DNA of 24,000 nt from Maccoyibacter intestinihominis (GCF_040096355.1 NZ_JBBMEX010000002.1:272483-296482); one strand, 5' to 3'; counted from the first letter of the stretch, positions 7,896 through 15,952 are shown. Program-made: numbers and translations. Notes: generated by a model from the sequence alone, not told the origin.

Positions 7896-8016
7896 ATTGG
7901 CAACTATAAGAAAGCGCGTACATACGTCATTTGACTAAATATCACGTTGTAACTAGAAATTGAGATAAACTCTTACAGAGCTTTTGTGGACTATCCAAAG
8001 AAAAAGGAGGCTGACT

Positions 8017-8625
8017 ATGAACGTATATGAAGAAATAGATCAGGAAACAATGATGTTGCTTTTAGATTCCTTGTGTAAACGGACAGTGGAGGGAAAACAG
8101 ATATGGGAAAATATGGAGTATAATCCTATTTCCTTTTTACAGAAAGATATTTATGAAAAAGAAGGTACCTGTATATCACAAATGTTTGAAGCAACGACAG
8201 TGTTCAATAACATTGAATATGAATTAGAGCTTTCAGAGTCAATCGAACTTCCGTCTGGCAAGGGAGATATTTTTGGAACAATTTCTTATGAAACAGAAGA
8301 CGGAAAAGAGAATACGTATGATTTCTCTTTGTCTTTTGATGTAGAGAAATATGATGATGCGAATGCGGAAGAATTGCAGGGGATTTTTGGGAGCTCAATC
8401 ATTGTACAGTTTACAGATGCAATAGTGGGAATATTTGAAAATTCAGATGCGGTAGCTGAGGGATTTGCTTATGCAAGATACTATCATCAAACAGGAATTG
8501 ATTCGGAATGGGAAACCAATCCTCTTGTGAAACTTGGTGAGAAACTGATGCAAGAGCACGCAATGCTGGATTTTCATAAAATAGTATTGGATACAGCTTC
8601 TAGGGAGCGTTTATTGAAACGGTAA
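8017..8625 (+). CDS. Hypothetical protein, strongly acidic
   Basis: RBS AAAGGAGG precedes ATG 8017. By my count there are about 41 D/E against 16 K/R in 202 aa. I recognise no motif. Confidence 0.6.
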   Translation: MNVYEEIDQETMMLLLDSLCKRTVEGKQIWENMEYNPISFLQKDIYEKEGTCISQMFEATTVFNNIEYELELSESIELPSGKGDIFGTISYETEDGKENTYDFSLSFDVEKYDDANAEELQGIFGSSIIVQFTDAIVGIFENSDAVAEGFAYARYYHQTGIDSEWETNPLVKLGEKLMQEHAMLDFHKIVLDTASRERLLKR

Positions 8626-8673
8626 GTAACGGGTTATAATAAGATACAACCAATCAATTTTTTGTGGAAACTA

Positions 8674-8702
8674 TTGATATTTCTTAGGGTATCGCATATA
8701 AT
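8674..8702 (+). promoter_or_regulatory. Near-consensus sigma-A promoter
   Basis: TTGATA (8674-8679), a 17-nt spacer, then TATAAT (8697-8702). It sits exactly at the AT-rich to GC-richer transition. Confidence 0.65.
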
Positions 8703-8708
8703 ATAATT

Positions 8709-8961
8709 AAGCCAAAAGGTTTCGTGTAGCGGCACGTAAAAGCTGTACTGTGCCCGGGCAGGGTAATTACTGGGACTATTTGATACTCGGAAGGGTATTA
8801 CGCCCACACCAGGGAGATACGGTGAGTCCGCGCCGGGGACTCAATGATACCGGCGACATTTTAGACATTCGGAAGGATGTCGCGGCTGACAGCCAGCATA
8901 AAACCGCTTTTTAAGATTATGGGCACTGGATAACAAAAAAGTTGTCCAGTGCTGTTTTTTT
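8709..8961 (+). ncRNA. Unclassified structured leader / ncRNA (~250 nt) ending in an intrinsic terminator
   Basis: The stretch has no ORF and is locally GC-rich. A candidate closing helix pairs 8714-8722 (AAAAGGTTT) with 8901-8911 (AAACCGCTTTT, one bulge). Local hairpins are 8723-8736, 8783-8798, 8824-8842 (GAGTCC/GGACTC) and 8864-8881 (GACATTC-GGAA-GGATGTC), followed by the terminator. Confidence 0.55.
8923..8961 (+). terminator. Rho-independent terminator
   Basis: GCACTGGATAAC (8923-8934), an A6 loop, GTTGTCCAGTGC (8941-8952, one G-U pair), then TGTTTTTTT. Confidence 0.8.
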
Positions 8962-8990
8962 ATACTATAGTGATGATTGGGAAAAGATAG

Positions 8991-9623
8991 ATGGGAAAAC
9001 AACAGGATAGAGAGAAAATTGTACAGGAGATTAAAGTAGCTGCTGATCTGTATAGGAAGCATTTAGTAGGTAAAAGATTTCTATATGTATTTGAAGGCAG
9101 ATATATTGAGGTGCTTTATAAAGCTGCCAATTTTAGGCACTTGACAGGTGTGGCCACGAACCTTTCAGCAAAAAAGTTTTATAGTTATGCAGCAAAAAAA
9201 ATGCTTCAGGCTTCGCAGATATTTTTTACACCGCAGCACCCTTTTTCATTGTGTAAGCGTAAGATTAAGCATATCGGACAGATTGCAATGCTGGCTGGCT
9301 CAGAAGGATTTATGCTGGAAGAGATTGTCACAGACACGAGAACTTATAAGTTTGGCACAACAGATCTTAATTTTACTCTATGCTTAAATAAAGAGTATGA
9401 TGATAAGGGGCAGCAAAAGGGCGATTGCTTTGTAGTAGAATCGCTGCGAGATGAAGATTGCTTTTCTAAAAGTAGAACAGCATATACAGTAACTCATATT
9501 TTTTCAGCGCCGAATGATGCGAAAAAATATACAAATTTACTGTTTTTAGATGAAAATGCAACGGTAGACGGTCTTCCAGATGAAATTAAAAACATGCTGG
9601 ATCAAACTTTACTACATAAATAA
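8991..9623 (+). CDS. Hypothetical protein (210 aa)
   Basis: A long ORF with normal composition and a weak RBS (GGGAAAAG). It lies downstream of the leader and terminator. I cannot place it in a family with confidence. Confidence 0.6.
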   Translation: MGKQQDREKIVQEIKVAADLYRKHLVGKRFLYVFEGRYIEVLYKAANFRHLTGVATNLSAKKFYSYAAKKMLQASQIFFTPQHPFSLCKRKIKHIGQIAMLAGSEGFMLEEIVTDTRTYKFGTTDLNFTLCLNKEYDDKGQQKGDCFVVESLRDEDCFSKSRTAYTVTHIFSAPNDAKKYTNLLFLDENATVDGLPDEIKNMLDQTLLHK

Positions 9624-9718
9624 AAATGGAGAGTACAGGTCTTGGCGTATAGAAAATACTGCAGGATCTTCTTACGAAAGAATTTTTTAAGATATGAGAG
9701 AAAAGAGGTGCTTTCTAT

Positions 9719-9898
9719 ATGGCTACATCAAGTATCCTTACAGAGCTTGTGATTGAAGACCCCAAAAAGGCAGAAGCATTTATTAATGCACTGGAACTGT
9801 CCAGTCAAGATCCAGTATGCAGCCCGTCTGCCCCGTTCATTCCCATATTAGATAGTGTGGAAGAGATACGGAGGTTCCTGGAAAGAAAAAACAAGTAA
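9719..9898 (+). CDS. Small hypothetical protein (59 aa, below the ORF-track cutoff)
   Basis: RBS AAAGAGG at 9702-9708 precedes ATG 9719. The product is MATSSILTELVIEDPKKAEAFINALELSSQDPVCSPSAPFIPILDSVEEIRRFLERKNK. A terminator follows. Confidence 0.45.
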   Translation: MATSSILTELVIEDPKKAEAFINALELSSQDPVCSPSAPFIPILDSVEEIRRFLERKNK

Positions 9899-9939
9899 GC
9901 CTATGTATTGGCAAATATCTTAGATGAATAGAAGCTATT

Positions 9940-9975
9940 GGAGAGGAGTCGATATGTGACGTTCTCTCCTTTTTT
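9940..9975 (+). terminator. Rho-independent terminator
   Basis: GGAGAG (9940-9945) pairs with CTCTCC (9964-9969), with an inner GTC/GAC pairing, followed by T6 (9970-9975). Confidence 0.65.
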
Positions 9976-10176
9976 ATGCCTAATTGAAGAGATAATGCAG
10001 TGCTTTTTCGTAAATGGTGCAAAAATCGTTTTCAACTCGTTCAGATATAATAAATCTCTAAAACCAAAAAAGGAAAGAAATGGTAATGAAACTGGGAAAT
10101 CTTGCCTCCATAGTCCATTACCAGGGAAAGGATTTGTAATTATAATAGAGCCTGTAATCAACGAGGAGATAAAAGA

Positions 10177-10533
10177 ATGCAGAATGAACTTTATATTGTA
10201 GCAGATGCCATAAAAGCCTTGCGGGAATCCAGGGGACTGACTCAGGAGCAGCTTGCAGAGAAAGCAGATATTTCCGTATCACATCTGGCGAAGATTGAAA
10301 CACATGCCAGACTTATGGGAATGAAAACTTATATCCGGCTGTTGGAAGCTATGGATATTCCCATAAAAGAACACTTTATACACATGGGTACAGCGAAAAA
10401 AGATATGATGTTGAAGGAAAAAATCTGGTATCTGGTACAGGATTGTGATGAAAGAGAAACTAACCTTTTGATCTATTCCATAGAGGGAATTAAGAAAGGG
10501 CTAAAGAAATATCAGCAAGACAGCAGGAAGTGA
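10177..10533 (+). CDS. XRE-family helix-turn-helix transcriptional regulator
   Basis: RBS GAGGAG precedes the start, and TATAAT lies at 10141-10146. The HTH_3-like segment is LRESRGLTQEQLAEKADISVSHLAKIE. Confidence 0.8.
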   Translation: MQNELYIVADAIKALRESRGLTQEQLAEKADISVSHLAKIETHARLMGMKTYIRLLEAMDIPIKEHFIHMGTAKKDMMLKEKIWYLVQDCDERETNLLIYSIEGIKKGLKKYQQDSRK

Positions 10534-10559
10534 GAATACAGATAGGGAGGAAAAGGGAA

Positions 10560-11015
10560 ATGTTATCAAGAGAAAAGGTGGAAGCAGTATTATTTAAAAT
10601 GGGAATGCCTGCCAATGTAAAAGGATTTGGCTATATTGTAGACAGTGTTTTGCTTCTGGAAGAAGACAGCAAGATTAAAACGACATATCTGTATTTTAAG
10701 GTGGCCCAGCAACATGGCACGACAGGGCAGCGGGTAGAACGGGCAATCCGCCATGCGTTTGATATTGTCCGAAGCTGCAGAGGTGATTATGATGTGGTGA
10801 ACCATTATATCGGTTTTATCAACTGTGCCAATTCCCCTTCCTTATCCATGCTCACAATGAAGATACGGGAGGAAGCACTGGAAGTACCGGAACCAAAACC
10901 GGAAAAGAAAGAAGAGAACGTGATTACGGGAATTACCGAAGACCGGCTTTTGGAGTTGATGCGGCAGGCATGTACGGAATTTTGGGCAGATATGATTATC
11001 CGGTTAAAAAAATAA
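10560..11015 (+). CDS. Stand-alone Spo0A C-terminal (DNA-binding) domain-like protein, no receiver
   Basis: RBS GGGAGG precedes ATG 10560. GMPANVKGFGYIVDSV and GTTGQRVERAIRHAFDIV parallel B. subtilis Spo0A GVPAHIKGYLYLREAI and NTTASRVERAIRHAIEVA. Confidence 0.8.
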   Translation: MLSREKVEAVLFKMGMPANVKGFGYIVDSVLLLEEDSKIKTTYLYFKVAQQHGTTGQRVERAIRHAFDIVRSCRGDYDVVNHYIGFINCANSPSLSMLTMKIREEALEVPEPKPEKKEENVITGITEDRLLELMRQACTEFWADMIIRLKK

Positions 11016-11038
11016 AGAGAAATGCAGACCGAAAACAG

Positions 11039-11076
11039 TCTGCCAAAACACATCAGGGTTATGGTGTCTTTTGGCA
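11039..11076 (+). terminator. Terminator-like hairpin after the Spo0A-C-like gene
   Basis: CTGCCAAAACAC (11039-11050) pairs with GTGTCTTTTGGCAG (11063-11076, 2-nt bulge). The U-tract is weak. Confidence 0.4.
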
Positions 11077-11432
11077 GGCTGATGTTTTCAGCCGGGAAGA
11101 ACCTTGAAAACTGAATATCAGTATGGTGATATTTTTTTAAAACAAACGTGTCATTTCTGACGCTAATCTATAGAAATATCTTAAAGGACACAAAACATTT
11201 CGGCACATTCTATTTTGTATGATGCAGGGTCATGAGCTGTGCGAAGATACACTTGTCCGCAGTGGCAGCAGGTAAGGCAGAAAAGAAGCGGATCAAACAA
11301 GGAATCGTAGAAGATGAAGGGAAAGTGTGAGCAGCGCCCGGACATAGGCTGTGGGTGGCAGGCAGTCTGAAAGCCGAATGATAATGATACCTTTGCATAA
11401 AACACTGCAACCAGGGTAGCGTCTGGGACATG

Positions 11433-11611
11433 CTGCAGCGGGAAAGGGTGCTGCAGGGTGTCAGGCGGCCAGCCGGGCCGGTCCTACATGCTCCCGTTCA
11501 CACCGGGGTGAGAAAATAAAAAACATGCTGGCAGGGAAAGCCCTGCCAGTATGGTGTGTAAAATGGGTTCATTTTAGGGCTATGGGGAAACGCCGGTTTC
11601 TTTATAGCCCT
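11433..11611 (+). other. Cluster of three strong GC-rich hairpins in a noncoding stretch
   Basis: CTGCAGC/GCTGCAG pair at 11433-11456. CTGGCAGGG-AAAG-CCCTGCCAG forms at 11528-11549. AGGGCTAT...ATAGCCCT, with an inner GAAAC/GTTTC, forms at 11576-11611. Confidence 0.5.
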
Positions 11612-11650
11612 GGAATGAAAACAGGAGCCAAAGAAAGAGGAGGCAGAGCA

Positions 11651-12196
11651 ATGAATAGAGAGATGTTACAAAAACTGTTTTCAGAAGATAAAGAGATCTT
11701 TCAGGGAGGAATGTTATTCCCTGCATGGATCTGCAAAGGAAAAAAAGAGATAGAAAATAGGAACAGTCCCCAGCGGGCGGCAGTGTATCTGGATATTCCC
11801 ATTCCATGTGCCGGGCTTTTGTATTATGAAAAAGAAAAAAGCCTGCATTACTGTGAACAGCAGACATACCATGTGGTTACTTTACTGGAAGGTGTAGGGT
11901 GTGGTAATTCCATAGAAAAAGAAAACTGGCAGAGGCTGGCAGTGCTTGCAGGAAAAGGCATGATTGATGTGATTGTGGTATCCGGGCTTAGCAGGTTATC
12001 CTATTGTCCGGAAGAAATTTTACAGACTATGGAACTGCTCCAGTCTTTTCAGGTGCAGATAGACTGTATCGGTTATGGGATTTTAGATTATGCCAGACTG
12101 AAACAGTATTTAATGCACACCTGGGAGAAACAGGAACAATTTGAGCAGGACTTAGATGCGTATCTGTGCAGTTGCTGTACCAGGGAAGGGATATAA
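11651..12196 (+). CDS. Resolvase N-terminal-domain-like protein lacking the catalytic serine
   Basis: A strong RBS AAAGAGGAGG precedes ATG 11651. AAVYLDIPIP occupies the position of the Y-x-R-x-S nucleophile motif. IDVIVVSGLSRLS matches the conserved ..DLSRL.R motif. There is no recombinase, zinc-ribbon or HTH extension. Confidence 0.6.
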   Translation: MNREMLQKLFSEDKEIFQGGMLFPAWICKGKKEIENRNSPQRAAVYLDIPIPCAGLLYYEKEKSLHYCEQQTYHVVTLLEGVGCGNSIEKENWQRLAVLAGKGMIDVIVVSGLSRLSYCPEEILQTMELLQSFQVQIDCIGYGILDYARLKQYLMHTWEKQEQFEQDLDAYLCSCCTREGI

Positions 12197-12450
12197 TGCT
12201 CTCGCGGGAAGAACTGCTGAAGATGCGGGAAATGACGTTTGAGGACATTGACCCGAAAGAGATACAAGATGTAGAGAAACTGAAGATTGATGTAAAAAAG
12301 AGCAAACCGGAGAAGGTCCGGGAAATCCTGGAGTCCGGAAAGAACCCTTATTTTCTGAAATATAAGGGGATCACCATAAAGATTGGGTTTGCTTCTACCA
12401 ACCGTACCATAGAGGAAGCCATGCAAAGCCTTGTGCAGATGAAATGGTAA
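12196..12450 (+). CDS. Hypothetical protein (84 aa), translationally coupled to the preceding gene
   Basis: The TAATG stop/start overlap is at 12194-12198. The product begins MLSREELLKMREMTFEDIDPKEIQD. Confidence 0.55.
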   Translation: MLSREELLKMREMTFEDIDPKEIQDVEKLKIDVKKSKPEKVREILESGKNPYFLKYKGITIKIGFASTNRTIEEAMQSLVQMKW

Positions 12451-12600
12451 AGCCACGACAGGGATAGGGAAGAAAGCGGATTGTTGGCAGATTACAGGGT
12501 GGACAAACCTTCTGGACTATGGTAGGATGATGGCAAGGACCCAGTAGCCTCTATCATTTAGGGAATCGGCTGACGAATCTAAATGATAGGAGCGAATACA

Positions 12601-14268
12601 ATGAAAAATCAAATACTTAAAAAAATCTATCGTGCGGTTGTTTACCTGCGCCTTTCTGACGAAGATGGTGATAACAGGGAAAGCGACAGCATATCAAACC
12701 AGAGGATACTAATCCATAGCTTTTTAAAGAGCCACCCTGAAATTCAGGTGGTAAAAGAATGTGTAGATGATGGATATACCGGCACAAACTTTAACCGCCC
12801 CGGTTTTCAGGAAATGCTGCGTATGCTGGAAGAGGGGGAAGCAGACTGTATTATTGTCAAAGACCTTTCCCGTTATGGAAGGGACTTTTCCGGTGTTTTA
12901 CAGTATGTGGAACGTATCCTGCCGAAAATGGGTGTGCGCCTGATCCTTGTCAATGACAATTATGACAGCCTCACGCCAAATCGTGATTTCCTTACCCTGA
13001 GATTTAAAAGTTTAATCAATGACCTTTACCCTGCGGATACTTCCAAAAGTGTGCGTTCCCATTTGTATGTCAAAATGACAGCCGGGCAGTGTGTAGCGCC
13101 TTTTGCTTTTTATGGTTATCTGAAATCCGAAGAGGATAAACATAAGCTGGTCATGGACGAAGTGGCAGCTTCTGTTGTACGGGATATTTACCACATGAAA
13201 ATGCAGGGCTACAGCCTGACGGATATATCCGAAGAATTAAACCGGCGTGGGATCTTGACGCCTCTTCGGTATAAGCAGGTATATTTAAAACAGAAATTAA
13301 AGACAGGGTTCCGTCTGACGGAAAAACCGGTCTGGATGCCAACTATGGTGCGTCGTATCCTTCTTGATGAACGCTACACCGGAGTGCTGATACAGGGAAA
13401 AACCACAACGCCAAACCATAAAGTAAAGGTTGTGATCCACAAAGAGGAAGCTGAGTGGATACGGTATGAAAATGCTTTTGAGCCGGTTATCAATAGACAC
13501 CAATATGAAGTGGTGGGCAACCTGATGAAAATGGATACCATGAGAGGTGCAAAGGGGCTAGCGCTTCTTTCAGGCCTGGTAAAATGTGGGGACTGTAAAG
13601 AAAGCATGGTACTGAAAAGCCCAGATAAAGTCCACCACTATTATGTATGTTCGACTTCCCTTTATGAAAAGCAGTGCAGTTCCCATAGTATCAGTGAGAA
13701 AAAACTGGTAGGAGCTGTGACAGAGGCAATCCTGCATTATATTTCTGTTCTGGTGGAGCTGAAAGAGATACTGGCGTATGTAAAAACTGCCTCAATCCCA
13801 AGACAGCGGCTTTTGGAAGAAGACAAAAAACTGGAGATGCTGGAAAAGGAGAGCCAGAGGATTTTAAACATTAAAGTAAAACTGTATGACAGTTTTGCAG
13901 AAGAAATCCTGGACCGGACAGAATTTGAAACCTTCAAAGCAAAGTATGACCAGTCTTTAGAGGAAATCCGGCAGGCAATGGAGTGCCAGCAAAGGGAAAT
14001 CCGAAACTTGCAGGAAACCCTTGAAAAACAGCAGGAGTGGCTGGAATATTTTCTGGAATACCGGGACCGGACGGAAGTGGACCGCTTAATGCTGGTAAAC
14101 CTGGTCAAACGGATTGAGGTATATGAGCAGAAGCGCATTATCATTCATTTTTGGTTTGAAGATGAATTTGAAAAGGTATTGGGACTGCTGGAAACGGTAA
14201 ATAGAGCAAAGCCGGATCAGCATGTGGAAGCCTTCCTGAAAGGAAAGGGGGCGGAAGCAAGTGCCTAA
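12601..14268 (+). CDS. Large serine recombinase 1
   Basis: RBS TAGGAG precedes ATG 12601. The protein has YLRLSDEDG...SISNQR, IIVKDLSRYGRDF, a zinc-ribbon CGDC...C..C segment and a C-terminal coiled-coil-like region. Confidence 0.9.
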   Translation: MKNQILKKIYRAVVYLRLSDEDGDNRESDSISNQRILIHSFLKSHPEIQVVKECVDDGYTGTNFNRPGFQEMLRMLEEGEADCIIVKDLSRYGRDFSGVLQYVERILPKMGVRLILVNDNYDSLTPNRDFLTLRFKSLINDLYPADTSKSVRSHLYVKMTAGQCVAPFAFYGYLKSEEDKHKLVMDEVAASVVRDIYHMKMQGYSLTDISEELNRRGILTPLRYKQVYLKQKLKTGFRLTEKPVWMPTMVRRILLDERYTGVLIQGKTTTPNHKVKVVIHKEEAEWIRYENAFEPVINRHQYEVVGNLMKMDTMRGAKGLALLSGLVKCGDCKESMVLKSPDKVHHYYVCSTSLYEKQCSSHSISEKKLVGAVTEAILHYISVLVELKEILAYVKTASIPRQRLLEEDKKLEMLEKESQRILNIKVKLYDSFAEEILDRTEFETFKAKYDQSLEEIRQAMECQQREIRNLQETLEKQQEWLEYFLEYRDRTEVDRLMLVNLVKRIEVYEQKRIIIHFWFEDEFEKVLGLLETVNRAKPDQHVEAFLKGKGAEASA

Positions 14269-15952
14269 GGTAAGCAAAAGAGGACAGAAAAGACAAAGCA
14301 GCAAGCCGGAAATGAAGTATCTGAGAACCTATATTTATGTAAGGCTTTCCGAAAAGGACGGAGGGCATGGCAGAAGGGATTCCATTTATATCCAAAAACA
14401 GATCTGTGAAGACTACGCAAAGAAACACCCGGAAATGCTGGTGGTAAAAGTCTATGCGGATAATGGTGTGACAGGTACAACGTTCCAAAGGAACGCATTT
14501 GAAGAGTTGATGGAAGATGTGGCAAATAAAAAGGTTGACTGCATCATTGTAAAGGATTTTGCCCGGTTTGGAAGGGACGCCTTAGATGCTGTAGATTTGA
14601 TTGATGTAATTTTCCCAACTTTAAATATCCGGTTTGTTTCCGTTATGGACGAATATGACAGTGCGAACCCGGCTTGTGTAGAAGACCGGACCACCAATAT
14701 TTTGAAGCACTTTATGAATGATTATTATGCCAGGGAAGTTTCAGAGAAACTGGTACAGGCACACCGGCTGTCCAGGGAGCGGGGAGAGTTCTGGGGTTCC
14801 AGACCTCCTTATGGATACCAAAGGGCAGAGGAAAACAGCAAGAAGCTGGTGCCGGAACCAGAGGAGGCAGAAATAATCCTGCAGATTTTTTACTGGTATG
14901 TGTTTGAAGAAATGTCAAGCTATGATATAGCAAGGGAACTGAATGGCAGAAAGGTATTAGGACCGGAGGACAGCTATCAGAAAAGGAAACAGGGAAAGGA
15001 GCCGGAAAAAAGGCGGTTATGGAGATCAGACGGTATCAGGAAGATTTTACAGAACCCCGTTTACATTGGTGCTGCTGTTTATGGGAAAACAAAACAGATG
15101 CTTGCACAGAATATTCCTCTTCAGATGATACCAAAAGAGCAGTGGGAAGTGTGTGAAAATGCCTGGGAAGCAGTTGTGGAACGGGCGATTTATGAAAAAG
15201 CACAGGAAATTGCAAAGGAACGCTGGAAAGATACGTTAGATAACTGGGCTGCAAACCCAAAAGAAAAACAGGGGGCAGATGGTTCTTTTAAGGGAAGAAT
15301 TTTCTGTGGACATTGCGGAAAACGCCTTGGAAGGTGCAGGAGCGGAGGCAATGAGAAACATAAATATATGGTTTATAAATGCCCTTCTTTTTCCCTTACA
15401 GATCATACGGAATGTTTCCGCACGGTGAATGAAATCTACATCAATCAGGCAGTCAAGGCAGCACTCCGCTACCAGATCCAGCTTGCTGTGGAAAGTAAGA
15501 AGACCTATGGTGCAGAGTTTTATCAAAAGCTGGAGCAGGAGGTAGCAGAAAAAATAAAAAATGCCAGACAGAAGTATGAGAAATATGGAAGAAAACTGGA
15601 AATCTTGTTTGAGCATTATGCTACCGGACTGTTGGACTGCAAGGAATATCAGGAGATTAAATCAATCTATCAGGAAGAACAGCAAGCAGCCAAGCAGAAT
15701 ATGAAGCAGGTACAGCTTCGTGGACAGAACCTGTTAGATCAGGTGAAGGCAAGAATGGACTGGACAGAGGAACTTCTAAAGTACCAAAGATTCCAGAAGA
15801 TAGAGAAAGGGATTGCTGACCGCTTTATTGAAAAGATTACGGTATATTCCAAAGACTATGTGGAAATCGTGTTCTGGTTTGGGGATTTATTTGAAAAGGA
15901 GCTGGAAAAAGAACTGGTCAATATGGAAGGAGGTCTTCCGTATGCAGTATGA
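14261..15952 (+). CDS. Large serine recombinase 2
   Basis: GTG 14261 overlaps the recombinase 1 stop by 8 nt; ATG 14312 is an alternative start. The protein has YVRLSEKDG, IIVKDFARFGRD and CGHCGKRL...YKC. Confidence 0.88.
   Translation: MPKVSKRGQKRQSSKPEMKYLRTYIYVRLSEKDGGHGRRDSIYIQKQICEDYAKKHPEMLVVKVYADNGVTGTTFQRNAFEELMEDVANKKVDCIIVKDFARFGRDALDAVDLIDVIFPTLNIRFVSVMDEYDSANPACVEDRTTNILKHFMNDYYAREVSEKLVQAHRLSRERGEFWGSRPPYGYQRAEENSKKLVPEPEEAEIILQIFYWYVFEEMSSYDIARELNGRKVLGPEDSYQKRKQGKEPEKRRLWRSDGIRKILQNPVYIGAAVYGKTKQMLAQNIPLQMIPKEQWEVCENAWEAVVERAIYEKAQEIAKERWKDTLDNWAANPKEKQGADGSFKGRIFCGHCGKRLGRCRSGGNEKHKYMVYKCPSFSLTDHTECFRTVNEIYINQAVKAALRYQIQLAVESKKTYGAEFYQKLEQEVAEKIKNARQKYEKYGRKLEILFEHYATGLLDCKEYQEIKSIYQEEQQAAKQNMKQVQLRGQNLLDQVKARMDWTEELLKYQRFQKIEKGIADRFIEKITVYSKDYVEIVFWFGDLFEKELEKELVNMEGGLPYAV

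Noticed and set aside
8709-8961. Assignment of the structured leader to the cobalamin riboswitch or T-box classes
   Set aside because: Only fragmentary resemblance exists: GGTGAGTCCGCG against the T-box GGTGGTACCGCG, and GGGCACTGG against the B12 box GCCACTG. The elements are in the wrong positions relative to the terminator, and the downstream genes are unrelated to tRNA charging or cobalamin.
9148-9387. 79-aa + strand ORF inside the 8991-9623 gene
   Set aside because: It is an alternative frame of a longer ORF, has no RBS, and its product is basic and low-complexity.
9938-10201. 87-aa + strand ORF, plus minus-strand ORFs at 9837-10161 and 10118-10303
   Set aside because: The + strand ORF spans a rho-independent terminator and the XRE gene's promoter and RBS and runs into the XRE start. 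None has an RBS and the sequences are implausible.
11181-11431. Two overlapping minus-strand ORFs (74 and 73 aa) in the long noncoding stretch
   Set aside because: They overlap each other in different frames, lack an RBS, and are His/Cys/Pro/Phe-rich. They are probably open by chance in GC-richer sequence. A decayed gene cannot be excluded without tBLASTx.
11525-11650. Upstream extension of the resolvase-like ORF (ORF-track start 11525, or ATG 11582)
   Set aside because: The extension runs through two strong hairpins and has no RBS. ATG 11651 is preceded by AAAGAGGAGG at ideal spacing.
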